Below, piece after piece: positions 7,422-14,530 of a stretch of 24,284 nt of DNA (positions are counted from its first letter, which is position 1; the number at the start of each line of letters is the position of its first letter). The stretch spans positions 1 to 24,284 of the forward strand of contig NZ_QLIR01000024.1 of the NCBI RefSeq assembly GCF_003428155.1, written 5' to 3'. A program made the translations under genes and the position numbers. The notes beneath the pieces are model-generated. The model ran no database searches. It was not told the DNA's origin and saw only the letters and a program-made list of their open reading frames with translations. Origin of the DNA: Fastidiosibacter lacustris (GTDB lineage Bacteria > Pseudomonadota > Gammaproteobacteria > Francisellales > Francisellaceae).

Positions 7422-9815
7422 TTGCCATATATTATGGGGAAATCTCAGCGTATTGATGTGAATGATGGCAATATTAATACTAGAAAATCTATCAATGACC
7501 TTAAATATTTTAAACTTGTAAATAGTCGGTGGCCAAATAGTCATGCCCTTTACTATGCACAACAAGCAGCAGTAAACCTTTTTATCTCAAATCATAATAA
7601 ATCAAATGAGAACATATTTAGCATTAATGGTCCTCCAGGTACTGGGAAAACAACACTATTACAAGATGTTATTGCTTATATCGTAACTAAAAGAGTGGAA
7701 AATTATCTCAAGCGTGATGGTAAAATATTTGACAATAATTCTCTACGAGATGATATATGCGGAAAGTACGAGATATTAGTCACTTCTCACAATAATAGCG
7801 CCATTAAAAATATAACTGAGGACTTGCCTCAAGCTAAAAAGATAAACTTTGATTACCTTAAAGCTAGTAAAGAGGATTTTTTGCTTCACGATTGTGCAAA
7901 GAAATTCTATGACTCTATTATAACTAATAAAGAACAAAAGGATGAAGGCGAAGACAATAAAAAAGACGACCGTACATATTGGAGCTTCATTGCTTTAACA
8001 TTAGGAAAAAAGGATAACTTTACAAAATTTAAAACTGCCTTTCAATCTGTGCTTGACTATATTGAAGATGATAGAAACCTGCACAATGAAAGACTAAGAG
8101 ATCATCAGTATTTGACACATAGGATGGCTAGATTAAAAAGTGAATTCTTAGCTATAAAATCAGAAATTATAAGTATCAATAAATTATTTGAGCAACTATC
8201 AGGTCTGCACGAACTAGATAAGAAAATAAACACCCTACAAACTTCGATTAAAGATACTTCTAGCGGTATAGCATCATTGAAATCAGAAATTCAGAAGCAT
8301 AAGAGTAGAGCCGATGAGCTAAATGCAGAGAGTGTTTTTTTAAATGAACAGATTAAGATCACAAATCATCGCTTAGTGGTGAAAGAGACAGCGATAGGGA
8401 GTTTTGGTTTTTTTGCAAAAATTTTCAAAAATAGTGCGTTTAATAAACTTGTTCATGAAAAATCTTCTATAGCAGCAACACTAGACAATCATTTAAGCCA
8501 ACTGCATAAAGTAAATAGTGAAAATAAAGAAACCAAAAAGCAACTAGATGACTTGAGCAGCAAGCTAAGCCAAAATATATCTATTCAAAAGGCGAAAGGA
8601 AACGAGTGTCAAAAAATGATAAATCTTAAATCCTTTCTTCTCAAGAAAAGTGAGGATTGCAACATTAATAATGAGAACTATTATCGGCTTTGTGAAGAAA
8701 ATATACAAAAAAATAGCCTGTTTAATAAACCTAATTATCTTGAGAAAAAAGCACAGCTATTTAAGGTAAGTATCCAAATTAGTGAAGTTATTTTCTTGCT
8801 CAACATTGATAAATTTGCCAATGAAATAAAGTTTTACCATGATAATTATGCAAAAAGAGATTTGTGTAACTCCGATAAAATAAAACTACAAAAAGCTTTC
8901 TCTGCTATTTTTTATGTTTTTCCAGTTATATCAACCACGCTAGCATCATCTTATACGATGCTCCGCAATATATCTCAGTATGGTACTTTGCTATGTGATG
9001 AATCAGGTCAAGCCACCCCGCAATCTTTAATTGGTTCTTTAAATAGAGCAAATAATGCTTTAATTATTGGAGATCCACTGCAGATAAAACCCGTATTTAC
9101 AGCTCCAGAGATTGTAATAAAAATACTTCAAGAAAATTTTAATATTGATGATATATATTCACCTTTTGTATCATCAGCACAACAACTCGCAGATAATGCT
9201 AATATATATGGCTCATTTTATACTGTTGAAAATAAGAAAGTATGGGTTGGAATGCCGTTAGTTGTTCATACTCGCTGTGTAAATCCAATGTTTAACATAT
9301 CAAATACAATTTCGTATAATCAAAAAATGGTTCTAGCAACACCACCTATTAAGAGTGAGGATAAAATAAACTCCCTTCCTAAGAGTGGTTGGATTAATGT
9401 TTATTCAGAGACTGAAGACTTTAGAAATAACGGATCAACAAAAGAAGAAACTGAACTGTTCAATTTTATTGAGCTATATAAGGAAGAATTAGGAGAAGAA
9501 TACTTTATCATCTCGCCGTTTAATGCTATATATGATATTTCTTGTGGCTCACGTGAAAGTAAATTAGGGACTGTTCATACTTTTCAAGGACAGCAAAGTG
9601 ATGTCGTTTTTATAGTGCTTGGTGGAAAGAATCCAGGTTCCAACGCATGGGTTGCTTCAACAGCCAATATACTTAATGTTGCCATTACAAGGGCAAAAAA
9701 AAGAGCTTATATTTTTGGAGACTACAATGTATGGAAAAAGTATAATTATTTCAATGTTGCGGCAGACAATTTAAAACCAATTAACTATAAAAATAAAAGC
9801 CTTATAACATATTGA
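7422..9815 (+). CDS. Upf1/DNA2/NAM7-like superfamily 1B helicase (AAA_11/AAA_12 type) with a large coiled-coil insertion
   Basis: Q-like YYAQQAAVNLF; motif I INGPPGTGKTT (GPPGTGKTT at nt 7629-7655); Ia ILVTSHNNSAIKNI; II LLCDESGQ (DESGQ at nt 8997-9011); III LIIGDPLQIKPV; V VHTFQGQQSDVVFIVLG; VI LNVAITRAKKRAYIFGD. The frame is already open from 7209, 71 codons upstream of the first candidate start (TTG 7422, ATG 7434). Neither start has a Shine-Dalgarno sequence. Confidence 0.85.
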   Translation: MPYIMGKSQRIDVNDGNINTRKSINDLKYFKLVNSRWPNSHALYYAQQAAVNLFISNHNKSNENIFSINGPPGTGKTTLLQDVIAYIVTKRVENYLKRDGKIFDNNSLRDDICGKYEILVTSHNNSAIKNITEDLPQAKKINFDYLKASKEDFLLHDCAKKFYDSIITNKEQKDEGEDNKKDDRTYWSFIALTLGKKDNFTKFKTAFQSVLDYIEDDRNLHNERLRDHQYLTHRMARLKSEFLAIKSEIISINKLFEQLSGLHELDKKINTLQTSIKDTSSGIASLKSEIQKHKSRADELNAESVFLNEQIKITNHRLVVKETAIGSFGFFAKIFKNSAFNKLVHEKSSIAATLDNHLSQLHKVNSENKETKKQLDDLSSKLSQNISIQKAKGNECQKMINLKSFLLKKSEDCNINNENYYRLCEENIQKNSLFNKPNYLEKKAQLFKVSIQISEVIFLLNIDKFANEIKFYHDNYAKRDLCNSDKIKLQKAFSAIFYVFPVISTTLASSYTMLRNISQYGTLLCDESGQATPQSLIGSLNRANNALIIGDPLQIKPVFTAPEIVIKILQENFNIDDIYSPFVSSAQQLADNANIYGSFYTVENKKVWVGMPLVVHTRCVNPMFNISNTISYNQKMVLATPPIKSEDKINSLPKSGWINVYSETEDFRNNGSTKEETELFNFIELYKEELGEEYFIISPFNAIYDISCGSRESKLGTVHTFQGQQSDVVFIVLGGKNPGSNAWVASTANILNVAITRAKKRAYIFGDYNVWKKYNYFNVAADNLKPINYKNKSLITY

Positions 9816-9960
9816 AAACAGATTAGAAAAAGAGCAGTGTAAACTCAAACATAAGAATGGGAAAGCGTGAGTAAGTACCAACCTGCTTAATTAGAACATA
9901 TCCCCTTCCTTTAGAGATGGAGGGATGTCAATTGAGTGCACTTTATTCGATCTTAATTTA

Positions 9961-9989
9961 TTGACACAAACGTTAAAACTGATTACCCT
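9961..9989 (+). promoter_or_regulatory. Candidate sigma70-type promoter of the iscR-suf operon
   Basis: Consensus -35 TTGACA (9961-9966), a 17-nt spacer, and a weak -10 TACCCT (9984-9989), placed 30-60 nt upstream of the iscR start. Pattern match only. Confidence 0.25.
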
Positions 9990-9990
9990 G
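9981..9990 (+). repeat. Right copy of the 10-bp direct repeat GATTACCCTG flanking the low-GC island
   Basis: Exact match to 6108-6117. It lies about 30 nt upstream of the iscR start and overlaps a candidate promoter. Confidence 0.35.
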
Positions 9991-10019
9991 GGTGCAAATG
10001 ATACTAAGTTAGTCCTATT

Positions 10020-10457
10020 TTGATGTTAAAGGTCAGTAAACTTGCTGATTATGCGGTTATGACTGTGTTGAAAATTGCACAATCCCCACAGGCTTTACAT
10101 AGCGCAACCGATCTTGTGGCAGTGACGAGGCTTAACCTGCCAACCTTACGTAAGATTCTAAAAATATTAAGCAACAAGGGGATTTTACATGCCAAACGCG
10201 GTTCAGAGGGTGGTTATGAGTTAGTAAAAGATATCAAAACGTTATCCGTATTGGATGTGGTAGAAGCGATTGATGGGCAACTTGCTTTTACCGAATGCTG
10301 TGAGAAAGGATTTAAGTATTGTGCTGTGACTAATTGTCAAATGAGTAGTTACTGGCATGTGATTAATAAGAAAGTGCGTGAAACATTGAATGTATTTTCG
10401 ATACAAGAACTCATAAATAGAGAAATCAATAGCAAAGAGATTAAGCATTATGACTGA
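10020..10457 (+). CDS. iscR: Rrf2-family Fe-S-responsive transcriptional regulator (IscR-like)
   Basis: N-terminal Rrf2 winged-helix signature ([14 protein letters not shown]...[29 protein letters not shown]). Clustered Cys93/Cys94/Cys101/Cys106 plus His113 are candidate cluster ligands. The gene sits directly upstream of sufB and overlaps it by 8 nt. The likely start is ATG 10023 rather than TTG 10020. Confidence 0.85.
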   Translation: MMLKVSKLADYAVMTVLKIAQSPQALHSATDLVAVTRLNLPTLRKILKILSNKGILHAKRGSEGGYELVKDIKTLSVLDVVEAIDGQLAFTECCEKGFKYCAVTNCQMSSYWHVINKKVRETLNVFSIQELINREINSKEIKHYD

Positions 10458-11892
10458 TGACAAGATAAACAAAATAATCAATCAAGAATATAAGCATGGC
10501 TTTGTGACAAATATCGAACAAGAAACTTTTCGAGCAGGCCTTGACGAAGGTATTATTAGTCAAATTTCTGCACGTAAAAATGAGCCTGAATTTATGTTGC
10601 AATGGCGCTTGCAAGCATATCGTAAGTGGTTAAAAATGAAGGAGCCAACTTGGGCACACGTTAACTATGAACCCATTGATTATCAGTTAATTAGCTATTA
10701 CTCAGCACCAAAATTCAATAAAGATCAACCCAAAAGCTTGGATGAGGTGGATCCTGAGTTAATCGAAACTTATAACAAGCTAGGAATCCCTTTGCATGAG
10801 CAAGAAATGTTAGCAGGTGTTGCAGTGGATGCTGTTTTCGATTCGGTATCTGTTGTCACAACATTTAAAGAAAAGCTTGCTGAAGCAGGAGTGATATTTT
10901 GCCCTATTTCAGAAGCGCTAAAGAAGTATCCAGAAGTGGTGCAAAAATACATCGGTAGCGTTGTGCCACAAACTGATAATTATTTTGCTGCTTTAAATTC
11001 AGCTGTATTTAGTGATGGTTCCTTTGTTTATATTCCCAAAGGTGTACGCTGTCCGATGGAACTATCAACATATTTTAGAATCAATGCTTCTAATACGGGG
11101 CAATTTGAGCGTACGCTCATTATTGCGGATGAAGGCAGCTATGTCAGTTATTTAGAAGGCTGTACAGCACCTATGCGTGATGAGAATCAACTACATGCAG
11201 CAGTTGTTGAACTCATTGCACTTAAAGATGCAGAGATTAAATATTCTACAGTACAAAATTGGTATCCTGGTGATAAAGAAGGTAAGGGAGGCATTTACAA
11301 TTTTGTAACAAAACGTGGTCTATGCAAAGGGGAGAATGCAAAAATTTCATGGACACAAGTCGAAACTGGTTCATCAATCACTTGGAAATACCCATCGGTT
11401 ATTTTAAGAGGTGATAATAGTATCGGTGAGTTTTACTCAGTTGCGTTAACGCGTCATGCTCAGCAAGCCGATACGGGAACAAAAATGATTCATATGGGTA
11501 AAAATACCAAAAGCACGATTATCTCAAAAGGTATCTCAGCAGGATGCGCACAAAATACATATCGCGGGTTGGTGCGTACCTTGCCTGTTGCTGAAAATGC
11601 GCGAAATTTTTCACAATGTGATTCTCTTTTAATTGGTCATCAGTGTAGTGCGCATACTTATCCTTACATTGAAAATAAAAGCGAAACAGCGCAAATCGAG
11701 CATGAAGCAACGACTTCAAAAATCTCAGATGAACAGTTGTTTTACTGTCAACAGCGCGGCATAAGTAACGAAGATGCGGTGGCGATGATCGTTAATGGTT
11801 TTTGTAAAGACGTATTTAAGAAGTTACCACTGGAATTTGCGGTAGAAGCACAAAAATTGATAGAAGTTAGTCTAGAAGGGGCGATTGGCTAG
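10450..11892 (+). CDS. sufB: Fe-S cluster assembly scaffold protein SufB
   Basis: 480 aa. N-terminal EYKHGFVT matches the SufB YKYGF signature. The long beta-helix-type C-terminal region is collinear with SufB, and sufC and sufD follow. Confidence 0.95.
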   Translation: MTDDKINKIINQEYKHGFVTNIEQETFRAGLDEGIISQISARKNEPEFMLQWRLQAYRKWLKMKEPTWAHVNYEPIDYQLISYYSAPKFNKDQPKSLDEVDPELIETYNKLGIPLHEQEMLAGVAVDAVFDSVSVVTTFKEKLAEAGVIFCPISEALKKYPEVVQKYIGSVVPQTDNYFAALNSAVFSDGSFVYIPKGVRCPMELSTYFRINASNTGQFERTLIIADEGSYVSYLEGCTAPMRDENQLHAAVVELIALKDAEIKYSTVQNWYPGDKEGKGGIYNFVTKRGLCKGENAKISWTQVETGSSITWKYPSVILRGDNSIGEFYSVALTRHAQQADTGTKMIHMGKNTKSTIISKGISAGCAQNTYRGLVRTLPVAENARNFSQCDSLLIGHQCSAHTYPYIENKSETAQIEHEATTSKISDEQLFYCQQRGISNEDAVAMIVNGFCKDVFKKLPLEFAVEAQKLIEVSLEGAIG

Positions 11893-11962
11893 TAGTGCTA
11901 ATATGCCAATAGTACTTGAAGTACTAAAGAGTTAAAAGAATAAGGTAGAACTGGTAAAAAAG

Positions 11963-12715
11963 ATGTTGTTAGAAATTAAAAACCTACATACAAAAGTTGA
12001 AAATAAAGCGATTTTAAAAGGTATTGACCTTAGGATCAATCCAGGTGAAGTACATGCGATTATGGGACCAAATGGTGCTGGTAAAAGTACGCTAGGTAAT
12101 ATACTAGCAGGAAAACCTGGTTATAAAGTAACAGAGGGAGAAGTGCTATTAGAGGGTAAGAACCTTTTGGAACTTGACGCATCTGAGCGTGCGCATGTAG
12201 GTGTATTTTTAAGCTTCCAGTATCCTGTTGAAATCCCAGGGGTAAGTAATACGCAATTCTTAAAGACAGCGGTTAATAGTATGCGTAAGGCACAAAACCA
12301 GTCTGAGCTTGATGCAATGAGTTTTATGAAAAAGCTGCGTGCAAATATGGAAATTCTAGAAATGGATCAAAAGTATATGAAACGTGGTGTTAATGATGGG
12401 TTTTCAGGTGGTGAAAAAAAGCGTAATGAGATGTTACAAATGATGATGTTAGAGCCAAAAATTTGTATTCTTGATGAGACGGATTCAGGACTTGACATTG
12501 ACGCTTTGCAGGTTGTATCAAAGGGTGCTAACCATATGCGTGATCAAAAGCGAGGATTTATTGTCATCACTCATTACCAGCGCCTATTAAACTATATAGT
12601 GCCAGATTTTGTTCATGTGCTCGCAGATGGCAAGATTGTAAAATCGGGCAATCGTTCGTTGGCATTAGAGCTTGAAGATAAAGGCTATGCTTGGATTAAT
12701 GAACAAGGAGTTTAA
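11963..12715 (+). CDS. sufC: Fe-S cluster assembly ATPase SufC
   Basis: 250 aa. Walker A GPNGAGKST, signature FSGGEKKRNE, Walker B ICILDETDSGLD, H-loop ITHYQRLL. Positioned between sufB and sufD. Confidence 0.95.
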   Translation: MLLEIKNLHTKVENKAILKGIDLRINPGEVHAIMGPNGAGKSTLGNILAGKPGYKVTEGEVLLEGKNLLELDASERAHVGVFLSFQYPVEIPGVSNTQFLKTAVNSMRKAQNQSELDAMSFMKKLRANMEILEMDQKYMKRGVNDGFSGGEKKRNEMLQMMMLEPKICILDETDSGLDIDALQVVSKGANHMRDQKRGFIVITHYQRLLNYIVPDFVHVLADGKIVKSGNRSLALELEDKGYAWINEQGV

Positions 12716-12717
12716 AA

Positions 12718-13977
12718 ATGTTAGTTTTAGAGAAGGCTTTAGAAGAGTTACCGTTTGTAGATAAAAATACAATTGCAAAGCGACAAAGTGCTTGGCAGGC
12801 TTTTAATGCGGCAGGCTTCCCAAGTAAAAAAAGTGAAGCGTGGCGCTATACTGATTTAAATGCCTTATATCAAAAATACAACATTAAAACCATCAAGTTA
12901 AGTCATAATAAAAATGCAGCTGAGTTTATGTCTTTGCTTAACCTGTATCCAGGTACTTATTATAATATTGTTTTTATTGATGGTACTTTAATTTACTTTG
13001 ATCAAGTTGAAGGGCTTGTTATTGAAAATATACTCACAAAAGAAAGTAAGTTGAACCTAGATGCAGAAGATGCTATAAATGCAATAGATTTACTTAATAT
13101 GTCGTCAACGATTGCAGGTGTTTACATTGAAGTTAAACAAGACATTAAATTAATTAAACCTATCCTTATTACTTATGCTCATAGTGATGGCAGTGCGGGG
13201 ATGTTGTTAAACTATCATAATCACATCAAAGTGGGTAAATCGGCACAATGCTTTATTCGTGAACATTACATTACATTTAGTCATGTTTTAACTGCAATCA
13301 ACGTTAAAACACAGCTTGACCTTGCAGAAGACGTGCATTATACATATGACGTATTGGCAAACATAACCATGCAAAGACTTTTGATCACAAATAGTATTTT
13401 TGTGAAGCTATATAAAAATTCTTACTATGAAACCTTTCAATTGTCATCACAATCGGCACTCAATCGTGTTGACTTTAATGTTGATTTGCTAGAAGAAGGC
13501 GCTGTTTTTAATGCAAAAGGTATTTATACTTTAGCGCAATCTGCACGAGCGGACTATCACTTTTATGTTAATCACCTGGCATCAAATACTCAAAGTGATG
13601 TATCATTTCGAGGTGTTGTTGGAGGTAAGGCATCCGCAACCTTTAATGCGAAGGCTTACGTGAATAAAGGATTGCATGGCATTAAAGCTTTTCAAAATAA
13701 CCGTAATATTCAACTAAGCAATAGTGCTGAAATAAATACCAAACCCGAACTTGAAATTTATTCGGATGATGTTATTTGTTCACATGGTGCAACGATTGGT
13801 TATTTAGATAATCAAGCGTTATTTTATTTAAAATCTCGTGGGATCCCAAACAATGATGCAATGACGCTTCTCATAGAGGGGTTTGCTAAAGAGCTAATTA
13901 CCCTTTTAGATCGAGATGAAGCTACATTGCAAGATTATATTGATAATTTTGAGGGTCATATCAAAAATTTGTTGTAG
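12718..13977 (+). CDS. sufD: Fe-S cluster assembly protein SufD
   Basis: 419 aa. N-terminal AWQAFNAAGFPSKKSEAWRYTDL is the typical SufD motif. C-terminal KPELEIYSDDVICSHGATIGYLD is shared with the SufB/SufD fold. AAGGAG lies 7 nt before the ATG. Confidence 0.9.
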   Translation: MLVLEKALEELPFVDKNTIAKRQSAWQAFNAAGFPSKKSEAWRYTDLNALYQKYNIKTIKLSHNKNAAEFMSLLNLYPGTYYNIVFIDGTLIYFDQVEGLVIENILTKESKLNLDAEDAINAIDLLNMSSTIAGVYIEVKQDIKLIKPILITYAHSDGSAGMLLNYHNHIKVGKSAQCFIREHYITFSHVLTAINVKTQLDLAEDVHYTYDVLANITMQRLLITNSIFVKLYKNSYYETFQLSSQSALNRVDFNVDLLEEGAVFNAKGIYTLAQSARADYHFYVNHLASNTQSDVSFRGVVGGKASATFNAKAYVNKGLHGIKAFQNNRNIQLSNSAEINTKPELEIYSDDVICSHGATIGYLDNQALFYLKSRGIPNNDAMTLLIEGFAKELITLLDRDEATLQDYIDNFEGHIKNLL

Positions 13978-14087
13978 AAGTTTATCTTTTAAGAACTACT
14001 TGCAAAATTCAGTATTGATTGAATTTTAGCTTAATCAAAACCTTTAATTTATATTAAGCTTATGCAGCTTTTAAATTTATTTTATTA

Positions 14088-14225
14088 CCTTGCAGTATAG
14101 ATTATGAGAAGGGAGGGAGAAAGTATACTGCAAGGCAATTTGCTTGGTCTCAAGGGTTTAGATCACAGGTCATACTGAAAGAGAAGGGAGAGAGAAGTAC
14201 TGCCCTATAATCGAATGCCCTTGAG
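14088..14225. ncRNA. Candidate structured small RNA: two adjacent hairpins, each displaying a purine-rich GGA-repeat motif (CsrA/RsmA-sponge-like). Strand undetermined.
   Basis: Perfect 12-bp stem CCTTGCAGTATA (14088-14099) / TATACTGCAAGG (14124-14135) with a 24-nt loop GATTATGAGAAGGGAGGGAGAAAG. Second 8-bp stem CTCAAGGG (14149-14156) / CCCTTGAG (14218-14225) encloses a near copy of the motif, GAGAAGGGAGAGAGAAGTACTGC (14181-14203). It lies in a 553-bp gap with no ORF. Confidence 0.25.
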
Positions 14226-14315
14226 TGAAGTCAGTATCACAAGCAAAAATTAAAATAAGCTTAAGGTAACCATAAATGTTGATAAAATTTTATAAAAAAT
14301 GAATTTTCTTTTTTG

Positions 14316-14329
14316 ATGTGATATCACAT
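14316..14329. promoter_or_regulatory. Perfect 14-bp palindrome ATGTGATATCACAT, a candidate operator upstream of the amino-acid permease
   Basis: Self-complementary 14-mer about 200 nt upstream of ATG 14531. Its right end overlaps the right arm of a second inverted repeat, AAATGAAT (14297-14304) / ATTCATTT (14328-14335). Confidence 0.25.
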
Positions 14330-14530
14330 TCATTTATCTGTAAAGCTAGACAAGTTAAGTTTCGTTGTTTTTGTTTAGTATTATTTACGTTGTGATTGAG
14401 TCGTAAATTAGATATTGGATTTTGTTATATAAAATTTTTGTTTTAGTCATCTAATATTTTGATTGACCATAAAAAAAATTGGTTCTAATATTCGCACTTT
14501 CTGTCACTCTAACTTAAGGCATGATCAACT

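Larger units (their letters stand above)
6204..9815 (+). pseudogene. Single reading frame of 1202 sense codons (unknown N-terminal module plus SF1B helicase) interrupted by one in-frame TAA at 7206-7208. Either a split gene or a recently inactivated one.
   Basis: Both track ORFs start at coordinates divisible by 3 (6204 and 7422). My hand translation of 7209-7421 gives NKPVDQKILDSIFRHIKDRLNIPENFSCIQKPYFFAKRYENHNIRRIHSIVKTSLTSYYIDSLRERLSKLS with no stop. The other two frames hit stops within a few codons. Confidence 0.5.

Noticed and set aside
6204-9815. The island might be a known Mokosh-type (helicase plus PLD nuclease) system or an SMC/Rad50-like ATPase because of the coiled coil
   Set aside because: I found no HxKxxxxD (HKD/PLD) motif anywhere in the merged frame. 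The NTPase motifs are unambiguously SF1B (GPPGTGKTT, DESGQ, GDPLQ, NVAITRAK) and not ABC/SMC-type.
9900-9926. The hairpin ATCCCCTTCC-loop-GGAGGGAT after the helicase gene might be an intrinsic terminator
   Set aside because: The stem needs a 2-nt bulge, has only 8 paired bases and is not followed by a T-run. That is too weak to annotate.
5833-10019. The island might be an autonomous mobile element (IS, transposon or integrative element)
   Set aside because: The interval contains no transposase, integrase or recombinase ORF, no terminal inverted repeats and no tRNA target. Only the short flanking direct repeat supports an insertion, and it is reported separately at low confidence.
14088-14225. 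The tandem hairpins might be a riboswitch or leader (for example lysine or another amino acid) controlling the downstream permease
   Set aside because: The structures end about 300 nt before ATG 14531 with no expression platform, terminator or RBS-sequestering helix. I do not recognise a known riboswitch core.
14316-14329. The palindrome ATGTGATATCACAT might be a CRP/cAMP receptor site because it contains TGTGA and TCACA
   Set aside because: CRP sites have the half-sites separated by 6 nt (TGTGA-N6-TCACA). Here the spacing is 2 nt, which is incompatible with canonical CRP geometry.
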